Numbered from the stretch's first letter, positions 50,899 to 61,042 are shown. The stretch is 64,000 nucleotides of DNA from Bdellovibrionales bacterium (GCA_964230645.1 CAXRHT010000002.1:1856001-1920000), one strand, 5' to 3'. The notes: generated from the letters alone by a model not told the origin. Translations and numbers: made by a program.

Positions 50899-53592
50899 AT
50901 GGGAATATTTAAAAAACTTTTAATTGTGTGTGCTATTTTCGGTGTCCTAGGTCTTGCCTCTGGTATAGGACTTTATACTTATTTTGCCAATCAGCTGCCC
51001 GATCTCTTCTCGGTCGAAGATTACGATCCTCTGCTGGTCAGTGAGGTTTATGCCAGGAATGGAGAAAAGATTGGTGAGTTCTATCGTGAGAACAGAAAAA
51101 TTGTTCCCGTCGAAGAAATTCCCAAGGACTTGATCAACGCTTTTTTAAGCGCTGAGGATTCCGACTTTTATAATCATAACGGGTTTAACTTCAAAGGGAT
51201 GGCAAGAGCACTGATTGCAAACCTGACATCTGGAGAGCGTTCCCAAGGGGCTTCGACTATTACTCAGCAGGCCGCAAGAACTCTCTTTCTTAGCCGTGAG
51301 AAAACTTATACAAGAAAGTTGAAGGAAGCCATCATGGCTCGTCGCATGGAAGCGAACATGAGCAAAGATGAAATCCTTTATCTATACTTAAATCAAATTT
51401 ACTTTGGTCAAGGTGCCTACGGAGTCGCCTCGGCGGCCGAAACCTTTTTTAGAAAAAAAGTAGGGGAACTAAGTCTTGCCGAAATGGCCGTGATCGCAGG
51501 AGCTCTAACGGCACCAAGTGCTTACAACATTGTAGCCAACCCTGATCGTGCCAAAATACGTCAGCGCTATGTATTAGGGCGTATGCTTGAAACCGGACGA
51601 ATCACTCAGGCCCAATATGATGTAGCGACCAAAGAGGTTTTAAAAGTCTATCGATCCAAAAAGTATAAAGAAGTCGCCCCTTATTTTGTCGAGACCATTC
51701 GTCAGCTTCTTGTGGAGGAGTTGGGAGAAGATGTGCTTCTCAATGATGGGATCAAAATTTATTCGAGTCTTGATTTTGAAGCTCAGAAAAAAGCACAGGC
51801 CAGTCTCCGTGATGGGCTCAGGGACCTAGATAAGCGCCAAGGATATCGTGGACCCATCGATAATATTAATATGGATGATGAGGCAAAAATCCAAAGCTTT
51901 CTTGAAAAAGAACGTAACCAACTTATCGATGAAGCCTACGCGACTTTCCAAGTGTTTCCCGATGGCTCCACTGACGAATACGGAGACTTTAAGTTTTACC
52001 AAAAGAAAAATGAGAAGGACCAAGTCGTTTCCAACATCCCTCCTTACGTAAAAAAAGGAGACGTTGTTCGAGGTGTGGTAACAGAGGTCGACGATAATAA
52101 TGACGTCGTATTAGTAAAATTCGCTGAAGCTCAAGGGCTCATTCCCTTAGAAAATATGTCTTGGGCCAGAGAACCTGACCCTAGTGTTTTTTATGGAGAA
52201 TGGCTTCACATCAAAAAGCCTTCTGAAGCCCTCAAAGTTGGCGATGTAATTGACGTTGAAATTAAAGAACCCACTGCTCTCAAAGCCGATGTTGGAAAAG
52301 GCTTTAAAAAAGACAAAAGGGAGTATGCCGAGTTAGCTCTTGAACAAGAGCCTGAGGCCGAATCTGCTCTTATCTCTTTTGATCTTAAAACAGACGACAT
52401 TGTTGCAATGGTGGGCGGATCTAACTTCCGGAAAACAAAACTCAATCGTACCTATCAGGCAGTCCGTCAGACAGGTTCTGCTTTTAAGCCCATTCTTTAT
52501 GCTGCAGGCCTTGATAAAGGTTTAACCCCTGCCACTCCTATTATGGGGGCTCCGATTGTTTATAACCAGGAGACGGGAGAAACCGAAGAAGTAAAGGAAG
52601 GCGAAGCGGTTCAAGAGTCAGCCGAAGATCAAGAAAAGAAAGTCTGGAAACCAGGAAACTATGGTGGTCGCTTCACCGGTGATATTCTCTTAAGAAATGC
52701 CCTTAAGAAGAGTCTCAACACCCCCACGATCCGAATTCTTGAAAAAACGGGAGTTTCTTTTGCTGCTGAGTACGCTCGTCGATTGGGAATCTTTAGTCCG
52801 ATCAACATGGATATGTCTCTCGCTCTTGGTTCAAGCGGGGCTACGCTCTATGAGATGACCAAAGTGTATTCTATCTTTGCAAAACTTGGTAAAAATATTA
52901 AGCCCATCATCATTCACGAAATTAAAGATCGCTACGGAGATACGATCGCGCAAGATGTTTCCTTTGATCTTCACTTCAAAGAATCCATTGGCGGGATCAA
53001 AGATGAGTTTAAAGAAAAAAGAGACAAATACGAAACCCGCATGATGGCCGATGATGATGAAACTCAGAAGGTTTCGCCCTATTTTTTCAATGACCCTGAT
53101 CAGCTCATCTCTCCTCAAACCGCTTTTCTCACCACCACTTTGCTTCAGGCTGTGGTGAACGAGGCCGGTGGAACGGGAGGCCGAGCTCGTCGCCTCAACC
53201 GTGAAGTCGCTGGTAAAACCGGAACCACCAATGGCTATTATGACGCTTGGTTTATGGGCTACACTCCCCAAATAAGCACTGGAGTATGGGTGGGCTTTGA
53301 TCAAGAGCGTTCTCTAGGAAGAGGGGAAGCTGGAAGCCGGGCCGCACTTCCCATTTGGCTTGATTATATGCAAGGGGTCTTAGATCAGACCCCCGCTGAA
53401 AACTTCCCAATTCCTAATAACATTGTTTTTGCCAATATAGACAATGAAACAGGGGGCCTAGCCACCGCTCGAAGCCACGAGGTGGTCAGGCAGGCTTTTA
53501 TTTCCGGCACAGAACCTGGCATTGAGACGGAGGAATCCAACCAACGCTGGGAAGAAGAGAATAAAACCGATTTTTATCGGGAAGAGTTCTAA
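50899..53592 (+). CDS. mrcA: Penicillin-binding protein 1A (transglycosylase, OB, transpeptidase)
   Basis: AEDSDFYNHNG, QGASTITQQ, RKLKE, GSAFKP, SLN, GKTGTT. Confidence 0.96.
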   Translation: MGIFKKLLIVCAIFGVLGLASGIGLYTYFANQLPDLFSVEDYDPLLVSEVYARNGEKIGEFYRENRKIVPVEEIPKDLINAFLSAEDSDFYNHNGFNFKGMARALIANLTSGERSQGASTITQQAARTLFLSREKTYTRKLKEAIMARRMEANMSKDEILYLYLNQIYFGQGAYGVASAAETFFRKKVGELSLAEMAVIAGALTAPSAYNIVANPDRAKIRQRYVLGRMLETGRITQAQYDVATKEVLKVYRSKKYKEVAPYFVETIRQLLVEELGEDVLLNDGIKIYSSLDFEAQKKAQASLRDGLRDLDKRQGYRGPIDNINMDDEAKIQSFLEKERNQLIDEAYATFQVFPDGSTDEYGDFKFYQKKNEKDQVVSNIPPYVKKGDVVRGVVTEVDDNNDVVLVKFAEAQGLIPLENMSWAREPDPSVFYGEWLHIKKPSEALKVGDVIDVEIKEPTALKADVGKGFKKDKREYAELALEQEPEAESALISFDLKTDDIVAMVGGSNFRKTKLNRTYQAVRQTGSAFKPILYAAGLDKGLTPATPIMGAPIVYNQETGETEEVKEGEAVQESAEDQEKKVWKPGNYGGRFTGDILLRNALKKSLNTPTIRILEKTGVSFAAEYARRLGIFSPINMDMSLALGSSGATLYEMTKVYSIFAKLGKNIKPIIIHEIKDRYGDTIAQDVSFDLHFKESIGGIKDEFKEKRDKYETRMMADDDETQKVSPYFFNDPDQLISPQTAFLTTTLLQAVVNEAGGTGGRARRLNREVAGKTGTTNGYYDAWFMGYTPQISTGVWVGFDQERSLGRGEAGSRAALPIWLDYMQGVLDQTPAENFPIPNNIVFANIDNETGGLATARSHEVVRQAFISGTEPGIETEESNQRWEEENKTDFYREEF

Positions 53593-53658
53593 AATCAGCT
53601 AAAATGTGCTCGTCTATTCACTATCCAAAGGCTGGGAATTTTGGTAGCCTTCCCAGTC

Positions 53659-56466
53659 ATGGATATTGAACTCAAAGGCGTTCGACAGAACAATCTTAAA
53701 AATATCGACGTTAAAATTCCCATTAATTCTTTCACGGTGGTTTGTGGGCCAAGTGGTTCCGGCAAAAGCTCGCTGGCTTTTGAAACTCTTTTTGCTGAAG
53801 GACAACGACGCTATATCGAAAGCCTCTCAAGCTATGCCAGGCAATTTCTCAATCAGGCGCCCAAACCCCTTCTTGAAAGTATCGCTAATGTCCCTCCCGC
53901 GATTGCACTTGAACAGAAAAACACCATCAAAAACAGTCGATCCACCGTTGGTACCACTTCAGAGATCATTGAGTACCTTAGATTGCTCTACTCAAAACTC
54001 TCAACCGCCCATTGTCCCAATGGCCACGGGCCGATTTCCAGTGATTCGCCAACATCAGCAGCCGACAAACTCATTGAACAGTGGGCTGAGAAAAGAGTTT
54101 ATGTCACTGCTCTAATTAAGAAGACACAACTACGCTACAACAAGACTGACCTTTTAAAGACTCTTTTAAGTGAGGGGCACAATAGGATTCTTGTTGATAA
54201 ATCTCGATCAAAAACTCAAATGAAATTAGAGACTCAAGACATCGGGCCTCAAACTAAAGTTAAAGACTTACCTAAAAAAGACTTTTACCTCGTTCTTGAT
54301 CGCCTCGCTGTCAAAGATGAAGATCGAGGAAGAATTGTTGATTCATTAAATCAAAGCTTTGAAGCATCCCTAAGATACAATCAACAAAGCTATGGTTCGG
54401 CACAAATTATTAGTACCGAAAATGAAGTGATTAAATTTAGCGATTCTCTAGCTTGCTCAGTTTGTGAAGCTCTTTTGCCAACAAAAACTCCCCAGCTTTT
54501 TAGTTTTAATTCTCCTGTCGGCGCATGCCAGACTTGCAATGGGTTTGGAAACACTCTTGATATCGACGAAGTCAAAGTAATACCTAATCCTACTCTTTCC
54601 ATAAAAGAGGGAGCAATCACCCCATTCTTTATGCCCAGTAGTGCGCGGGCCAAAAAGAAGCTTATGACTTATTGTAAGTCGGCAAAAATCGACATCAATA
54701 AACCCTGGGAAGAACTGCCCGCCAAGCAAAAACAGAATCTCTGGGAAGGCAATTCCAAATTTTATGGGGTGCGAGGCTATTTTGATCATCTAGAAACAAA
54801 AAAATATAAAATGCATGTCCGTGTTTTCCTGGCTCGTTTTAAAACGGCCTTCACTTGTCCTGATTGCGAAGGCTCACGACTCGTCAAGGAAACCGAGCAC
54901 TTCACTATCAATGATAGAACAATCACGGAACTCTGTGATTTTAACCTCAAAAGTCTCTATGAGTTTTTTCAAAACTTAGAAATGACCGAGTACCAACAGG
55001 AAATGGTCAAAGACATCTATGACCAATTGGTGTCACGCTTAATGTTCCTTAACCAAATTGGAGTTTACTACCTGACTTTGGCTAGGCAAACTCGCAGCCT
55101 CTCCGGAGGGGAATTTCAAAGGCTTCTTTTAGCCAAACAACTAGGAATGGGCCTCTCCCAGGCACTCTATGTCCTTGATGAGCCCACCATTGGCCTTCAC
55201 CCTAGAGATAATGATCAGTTAATAAAACAGTTAAAAGCCTTAAATGAACTCGGTAACACGCTTGTAATCGTTGAGCATGATCAAGATGTTATTAGAGAAA
55301 GTGACCACATCATTGAGCTTGGCCCAGGCTCGGGGTACAAAGGTGGCGAAATTATTTTCAGTGGCCATCAACAAGATTTCAAAGACTGCAAAGAATCAAA
55401 CACTAATATCTATCTCACTGGCGAAAAGAAGGAGGTTTACTCCCCTCGTCCGGTCTCTTTAAAAGAGTACAAGTACCTTCTGGAGATCAAAGGCTGTAAG
55501 GGAAGAAATCTACAGAATGTCAGTGTAAAAATACCACTAAATCGAATTGTCACTGTTACTGGCGTGAGTGGCTCTGGAAAATCAACGCTAATTACCGAAA
55601 CCCTTTATCCCGCTCTTCTCACTGAAACGGGTATTGAGTACACCCGAGGTGAGCCCTATAAAAAGCTTGTGGGTGCCGAAAATCTGAAAAACGTTCTTCA
55701 TATTAATCAGAAGCCTGTTGGAAAGTCTGCCAGAAGTAACCCAGCAACCTACTTAAAGATCTACGACGTCATTCGTGAAATCTTTGCCACCTCCCTCAAG
55801 GGAAGAGAGCGGGGCTACACTCCTGGAACTTTTTCATTAAATGTTAATGGTGGTAGATGTCCTGTTTGTAAAGGACTGGGCTATGAACTCATCGATATGG
55901 TTTTTATGGATGATATAAAAACCACCTGCCAATCCTGCGAGGGTAAAAAATTCCGTAAAGAAATTCTCGACGTTCGTTACCGGGGAAAAAATATTTTTGA
56001 AGTTTTACAGATGACTGTGGCCGAGGCTATGGATTTCTTTGTTTCTTACCCGAATATTAGAAAACCTTTGAGTGTGCTTAAACAAGTGGGCCTTGATTAC
56101 CTCACCCTCGGCCAGTCCACCTCGAGTCTTAGCGGTGGTGAGTCACAACGAATTAAGATCGCTAGGGAGCTTTATAAAACCAATCAAAAAGCGACCCTTT
56201 ATATTTTAGATGAACCAACGACCGGCCTTCATTTTAGAGAAGTGCAAATGTTGATGTCGATTCTTCACCAAATTGTTGAAACCGGGGGAAGTGTGCTGTT
56301 GATTGAGCATAACCTCGAGGTTATGGCCCAGTCCGATTATATTATTGATCTTGGGCCTGAGGCTGGGGAAGAGGGTGGTAAAGTCATTGGGCAAGGATCG
56401 CCGCTTGAAATGACTCGTAAGAAGTCGCACACCGGAAAATATCTTAAGGAATACTTACAAGTTTAG
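53659..56466 (+). CDS. uvrA: Excinuclease ABC subunit A
   Basis: GPSGSGKSSLAF.T..EGQRRY, FSFNSP.GAC..C.G, LSGGE, DEPT.GLH, with two ABC domains. Confidence 0.95.
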   Translation: MDIELKGVRQNNLKNIDVKIPINSFTVVCGPSGSGKSSLAFETLFAEGQRRYIESLSSYARQFLNQAPKPLLESIANVPPAIALEQKNTIKNSRSTVGTTSEIIEYLRLLYSKLSTAHCPNGHGPISSDSPTSAADKLIEQWAEKRVYVTALIKKTQLRYNKTDLLKTLLSEGHNRILVDKSRSKTQMKLETQDIGPQTKVKDLPKKDFYLVLDRLAVKDEDRGRIVDSLNQSFEASLRYNQQSYGSAQIISTENEVIKFSDSLACSVCEALLPTKTPQLFSFNSPVGACQTCNGFGNTLDIDEVKVIPNPTLSIKEGAITPFFMPSSARAKKKLMTYCKSAKIDINKPWEELPAKQKQNLWEGNSKFYGVRGYFDHLETKKYKMHVRVFLARFKTAFTCPDCEGSRLVKETEHFTINDRTITELCDFNLKSLYEFFQNLEMTEYQQEMVKDIYDQLVSRLMFLNQIGVYYLTLARQTRSLSGGEFQRLLLAKQLGMGLSQALYVLDEPTIGLHPRDNDQLIKQLKALNELGNTLVIVEHDQDVIRESDHIIELGPGSGYKGGEIIFSGHQQDFKDCKESNTNIYLTGEKKEVYSPRPVSLKEYKYLLEIKGCKGRNLQNVSVKIPLNRIVTVTGVSGSGKSTLITETLYPALLTETGIEYTRGEPYKKLVGAENLKNVLHINQKPVGKSARSNPATYLKIYDVIREIFATSLKGRERGYTPGTFSLNVNGGRCPVCKGLGYELIDMVFMDDIKTTCQSCEGKKFRKEILDVRYRGKNIFEVLQMTVAEAMDFFVSYPNIRKPLSVLKQVGLDYLTLGQSTSSLSGGESQRIKIARELYKTNQKATLYILDEPTTGLHFREVQMLMSILHQIVETGGSVLLIEHNLEVMAQSDYIIDLGPEAGEEGGKVIGQGSPLEMTRKKSHTGKYLKEYLQV

Positions 56467-56481
56467 GGTGAACTTCGGGGG

Positions 56482-56663
56482 ACCAGTCTTTGTGGAATTC
56501 CCGAGAGGAAATCTTGGAGATCTGGACTGAGGCACGCACCCGGGTGCATTTCGTCTCCCGGATTGCACCACTTTGTGGCGCAACCCGAGATACGCAACGC
56601 TCGTTGCTTGAGCCTCCGCCCAGATCTCCAAGATTTCCTCTCGGGAATTCCACAAAGACTGGT
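56482..56663 (-). repeat. Long palindromic element, copy B (44-bp perfect arms plus the same core in opposite orientation)
   Basis: Arms 56482-56525 and 56620-56663 are 44/44 complementary. The core is 72/86 identical to copy A. Confidence 0.93.
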
Positions 56664-56722
56664 TTCTTTCAAAACTTATAAGTGGTGAGTTTGGCTAGTG
56701 CTGGGTAAGGGTTAATTTGGTT

Positions 56723-58570
56723 TTATTGGATGTATTGGAGGTTGTAGAAGCGGGCGTATTCGCCGTTTTTGGTTATGAGTTCGTCGTGGGTGCCTTGTTC
56801 TACGATTTCGCCTTTTTTCATGACTATGATTCTGTCGCTGTTTTTAATTGTGGATAGTCTGTGGGCTATGACTAGGGCTGTTCGACCTTTTAGTAGGGTT
56901 TCTATGCCTTTTTGGACTTCTAATTCTGAGGCTGAGTCTAGTGCACTTGTGGCTTCGTCTAGAATTAGAATAGGTGGATCTTTGAATACGGCTCTTGCAA
57001 TGCTTAGTCTTTGTTTTTCGCCACCAGACAGACGGCCGCCTCTTTCACCGACACCTGATTTTAAGCCTTTTTCTAAGTTATCAATAAATACGGAAGCGTT
57101 AGCCATTTGGGCTGCGGCGGGGATATCCTTTGGGTTTCTTTTTAGGTTTCCGAATTGGATGTTGTTTTCGATGGTTTCATCAAAAAGAAACACGTCTTGA
57201 GTGACGTAACCGATTTGACTGCGCAGGTCTTCGGTTTTCATTTTATCAAGCTCTACGTTGCCGATTGTGATTTCCCCACCTTTGGGGTCAAAAAATCTCT
57301 GTAGAAGTCCAGCAAGGGTGGATTTTCCAGAACCGCTCTCCCCCACTAGAGCCACAACCTCACCTTTTTTAATATCAAGATCAATACCCTTTAAAACGGG
57401 GGACTCTCCATAGGCAAAGCTAACATTTTTAAACTTAATCTCTGACCACTCGCTTGGGAAAGGAATTGGGTTATCTGGTTCTTTCACTTCCGTTTTGCTA
57501 TCAAGAACTTCTTGCAGGCGTTCCATGGCAACAACGTTCTGCTGGATGCGGATGATCGCTTGCTGGGTTTTCTTCACAGGTTTATCGAGAAGACCGGCTG
57601 CAAAAATAAAACCGAGAAAGCTTGCAATTGAAGACTCGCCTCTCCAAATTTGTTCTATTTGAAATATGATAATTCCGCAGGCTAATACTGAAACCACCCA
57701 CTCATTGATGGGACTTCCAATCTCCTCCCGGATGATAATATTTTTTCTTTTGTCTAAATACTCATGGACTTGTCCAAAGAAACGACTTTTCATTTTGTCT
57801 TGCAGGTTAAAGGATTGGATCACTCGAACACCATCAAGCCCTTCTTTTAACGTTTTGGTGACCTCTTCGAGGACCTGCTGACTTTGATGCCCAATTCTTT
57901 TGAGACTTTTGGTAACATAGCGAATCACTAAAACAATCACAGGAAGGAAGGCAAAGCAGACAAGCGTCAGCTTCCAGTTGTTAAGAAATAAAAAGGCCAA
58001 TAGAAATAGACCGACTAGGGGCTCACGGATTAGATCTCCATAATACTGCAAACCATTTTGTAAAACGATGGTATCGTTTAAAGTTCGGCTGAGTAACCCG
58101 CCCGATCCTGTTTTTTGCCGGCCCAAGTACATGACATCAAGATCCATAAATTTATTCATAAGTGAGAGGCGAACATCAGAAATGACTTTCTCACTGATAT
58201 ATTTCACGAAGAAAAAATGAAAAAATCGGATCACTCCAAATACTAAATAATAAATGGGGAAAATGAATGCTACACCTTTAACAATGTCCTTACTCGACAA
58301 GTTATAAATCCAATGATTTTCAGGAAGGTCGACAAAGTTTAAAACCTTCATCATATCTTTATTGGCCTTAATTCCAGGGTCTTGAGCTGTGAAGTCTCCT
58401 CCAGAATCAGCGATTTTAGACATTGTCTCTAGCACAGACAAAATCAACTGCACTAAGGCTGGCAAAACCACAGTTAAAGCGGCGTATAGAACCCCTAGAA
58501 AGAGCGTGAAAAAGATTTGTCCCTTATAGGGTTTGAGGAAGGGCCAAACGCGAAACCATGACTTTAACAT
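56723..58570 (-). CDS. msbA: MsbA-like ABC exporter (TMD plus NBD)
   Basis: GESGSGKST, LSGGEKQRLSIARA, LILDEATSALD, IAHRLST, and an N-terminal multi-TM domain. Confidence 0.8.
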   Translation of the reverse strand: MLKSWFRVWPFLKPYKGQIFFTLFLGVLYAALTVVLPALVQLILSVLETMSKIADSGGDFTAQDPGIKANKDMMKVLNFVDLPENHWIYNLSSKDIVKGVAFIFPIYYLVFGVIRFFHFFFVKYISEKVISDVRLSLMNKFMDLDVMYLGRQKTGSGGLLSRTLNDTIVLQNGLQYYGDLIREPLVGLFLLAFLFLNNWKLTLVCFAFLPVIVLVIRYVTKSLKRIGHQSQQVLEEVTKTLKEGLDGVRVIQSFNLQDKMKSRFFGQVHEYLDKRKNIIIREEIGSPINEWVVSVLACGIIIFQIEQIWRGESSIASFLGFIFAAGLLDKPVKKTQQAIIRIQQNVVAMERLQEVLDSKTEVKEPDNPIPFPSEWSEIKFKNVSFAYGESPVLKGIDLDIKKGEVVALVGESGSGKSTLAGLLQRFFDPKGGEITIGNVELDKMKTEDLRSQIGYVTQDVFLFDETIENNIQFGNLKRNPKDIPAAAQMANASVFIDNLEKGLKSGVGERGGRLSGGEKQRLSIARAVFKDPPILILDEATSALDSASELEVQKGIETLLKGRTALVIAHRLSTIKNSDRIIVMKKGEIVEQGTHDELITKNGEYARFYNLQYIQ

Positions 58571-58727
58571 GCAAATGAACTTGGCAAAATTTCCCCATAA
58601 CATCAATTCTTTTTTGACTGGCCCTTAGACAGCTCTCAAAATGAGTCACTTTTTCTTAAACACCCACCTCAAAAAGCTAGGTAATAACAGTACTTTACAA
58701 AATGTGACTAAATTCTTCGCAGCACTG

Positions 58728-58754
58728 TAAAGTTGTCCACTTTTTTGACGATAA
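58728..58754 (+). promoter_or_regulatory. Candidate sigma28 promoter
   Basis: TAAA-N15-GACGATAA, one mismatch from TAAA-N15-GCCGATAA. Confidence 0.7.
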
Positions 58755-58792
58755 GGAGGTGTAGAAATTATTGACGGCAAGGAGTTTGCGGA

Positions 58793-60346
58793 ATGATCAA
58801 TTGGGATGAGTTCGAACATATTCACGTAATTAAAAAGTTAAAGCTAATTCTATCCTCGTGGTGGAATATCGATGTTATTTTCACTGATGAAAGAGGACGT
58901 ATTCGAGGCTTTAAAGATAGCGGCATCACTAACCCTGCCGTTCAGGCCTTTCTTGGCAAAGAAGCCAATCAAGAAAGTCTTGGTGACGAGGTTTCTAAAG
59001 CCATTACTGAAATGCAAACCAATGAAACTCGTTTCTCACTCACTAAAGTTTCCCATGCTGGCTACGATATGGCTATCTTCCCAATTGTTATTGATGGGGA
59101 ATTCATGGGAACTGTAGTTGGTATTGGATTCATCAAAGACACTAGCGAAGCCAACCGCATCGAAGAGGTAAAAGATCGTTTGGGACAACAAGGTGAGAGC
59201 CGTGACACCATCGATTTCGCTGTATCTAAGGTTCGCTTCCTTGATGATAACGACCGGGCTCATTTTATTGACCTCGTTGACCTTGTTTCTCGAGAGATTG
59301 TGACTCTTCACCTTGAAATCACCAACAGAGAAGAGCGCATCAGAGAACTTAATAAAGAACTAGGAAGTCGCTACAAATACGACAATATGATTGGTAAATC
59401 TCAGGCGATGCAGAGTACCTACGCACTTCTTGATAAAATCAAGGGCGCTGATAGTACCGTACTGATCCAAGGGGAAAACGGAACAGGAAAAGAATTGATC
59501 GCAAAATCGATTCACTATAACTCGATCCGTTCGAACAAGCCTTTTGTGATCCAAAACTGTTCAGCCTTTAACGATAATCTTCTTGAATCTGAACTTTTTG
59601 GACACGTAAAGGGATCTTTTACCGGAGCTCATAAAGACAAAAAAGGTCTTTTTGAGATTGCCGACAAAGGAACTTTCTTCCTTGATGAGATTGGGGACAC
59701 CTCTCCACAGATGCAAGTAAAACTTCTTCGCGTTCTACAAGAGGGAACTTTCACACCTGTGGGAGCTCTTGAAGGCAGAAAAGTGGATGTGCGAGTGATT
59801 GCCGCCACCAACAGAAACCTTCGTGAAATGGTTGAAAAAGGCACTTTCCGTGAAGATTTATTCTATCGTCTTAATGTTATTAACTTGCGCGTTCCACCTC
59901 TTAGAGAAAGAAAAGAAGATATTCCTCTTCTCTCTGAGTACTTTATTGATGTGGCTTGCAAACGTTCTGGAATTGGTAAACGTGTTCTTACCAAAAGAGC
60001 CCTTGAGAAACTTTATGATTATCACTGGCCAGGAAACGTCCGTGAACTTCAAAACGAAATGGAAAGAATTGTGGTTCTAAGTGGAGAAGAGACCAAAATC
60101 ACCGGCGATATGCTTTCACCAAAGATTATTGAGGGTGGTCAAAAAAGTAAGGTGCAAGGTACACGAGTGACTGGAAAGCTTAAAGACGCCATCGAAGAGT
60201 TAGAGATGCAAATGATCAAAGAAGGTTTGCGTCGCACTGGGTGGAACAAATCAAAGCTTGCAAAAGAGCTTGGTATCAGTCGTGCTGGTCTTATCATGAA
60301 AGTTGAAAAATATGATCTTGATAAGAGAAGAGTTAGAAAAAGCTAA
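58793..60346 (+). CDS. Sigma54-dependent enhancer-binding protein with N-terminal PocR-like sensor and Fis HTH
   Basis: GENGTGKE, ESELFGHVKGSFTGA, FLDEIG, WPGNVREL, C-terminal NKSKLAKELGISR. The N-terminal SHAGY..AIFPIVIDGEFMG segment is PocR-like. Confidence 0.92.
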   Translation: MINWDEFEHIHVIKKLKLILSSWWNIDVIFTDERGRIRGFKDSGITNPAVQAFLGKEANQESLGDEVSKAITEMQTNETRFSLTKVSHAGYDMAIFPIVIDGEFMGTVVGIGFIKDTSEANRIEEVKDRLGQQGESRDTIDFAVSKVRFLDDNDRAHFIDLVDLVSREIVTLHLEITNREERIRELNKELGSRYKYDNMIGKSQAMQSTYALLDKIKGADSTVLIQGENGTGKELIAKSIHYNSIRSNKPFVIQNCSAFNDNLLESELFGHVKGSFTGAHKDKKGLFEIADKGTFFLDEIGDTSPQMQVKLLRVLQEGTFTPVGALEGRKVDVRVIAATNRNLREMVEKGTFREDLFYRLNVINLRVPPLRERKEDIPLLSEYFIDVACKRSGIGKRVLTKRALEKLYDYHWPGNVRELQNEMERIVVLSGEETKITGDMLSPKIIEGGQKSKVQGTRVTGKLKDAIEELEMQMIKEGLRRTGWNKSKLAKELGISRAGLIMKVEKYDLDKRRVRKS

Positions 60347-60371
60347 GTTCTGAAAACTCAAATCTTTAAAC

Positions 60372-60403
60372 AAAAAAGGCTATCCTGTGGATAGCCTTTT
60401 TTT
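60372..60403. terminator. Bidirectional intrinsic terminator
   Basis: AAAAAAGGCTATCC-TGT-GGATAGCCTTTTTT. Confidence 0.88.
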
Positions 60404-60665
60404 ATTCCTTCTCGGGAACTTCTTTTAGATTCCTCTCAACGATGGATTTCTCGGGAACAAAAAGAGTCAGTTTCGTCTCTTGGTTGGCCAAGATTTGCTT
60501 AACCCCTTCTTTGGTTAGCTCTTTTTTCTTTAGAGTAATATCTTCAGTATCAGATGTGAGATAAATATTGTTTTTGTCGTCGCTCACATATGTGCCACTT
60601 ATTTCAACATTTTCACCAGCCCAGACGAATAATAGGCTAAAAAAAAGCGATAGAAACCCATTCAT
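60402..60665 (-). CDS. Small secreted hypothetical protein
   Basis: ATG at 60665 follows GAGGAG. Signal peptide ending VWA. Confidence 0.65.
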   Translation of the reverse strand: MNGFLSLFFSLLFVWAGENVEISGTYVSDDKNNIYLTSDTEDITLKKKELTKEGVKQILANQETKLTLFVPEKSIVERNLKEVPEKE

Positions 60666-60976
60666 TTTTAAGCTCCTCTCCTTTCGGAGTTTGACCTTAA
60701 TTTTCTCACTAGTTTTGAATAGAAGCAACTAAGCGGACAAAACACGAATCATTTAGAAGGACCTCCTCTACCCCGTCGATTTTATAGACTGATCTGTAAG
60801 TTTTATAAGTGATCAAACTGCCTGTTCTCTTTTCGATTGTGAAAAAACTACCCGAGACAAAACAAGGTCCTTTCGCACGTATATGTAAATGGTTGTTTTT
60901 AAATAGGTTTTTTGAGTCAAAATCTTTTATTTTGTGATCTCAATCTGTGAAATTTTCAAAAATTTTGGACAAAAAA

Positions 60977-60992
60977 CGGCACAGGAATTGAA
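60977..60992 (+). promoter_or_regulatory. Candidate sigma54 promoter (TTGA variant)
   Basis: CGGCACAGGAATTGAA upstream of 61043. Confidence 0.4.
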
Positions 60993-61042
60993 TACTATAA
61001 CTGTAGTTAATCGTTGAAAAAAATGTGGAGGATGTGGGAACT

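Noticed and set aside
56444..56681. Four short ORFs over element B, and ORFs 50584-50811 and 50732-50923 over element A; two share the peptide ARTRVHFVSR...RDTQRSLLEP
   Set aside because: They are by-products of a GC-rich palindromic repeat. There is no RBS, and the starts and stops differ between copies. The openness of several frames is noted only as compatible with RPE-like in-frame insertion.
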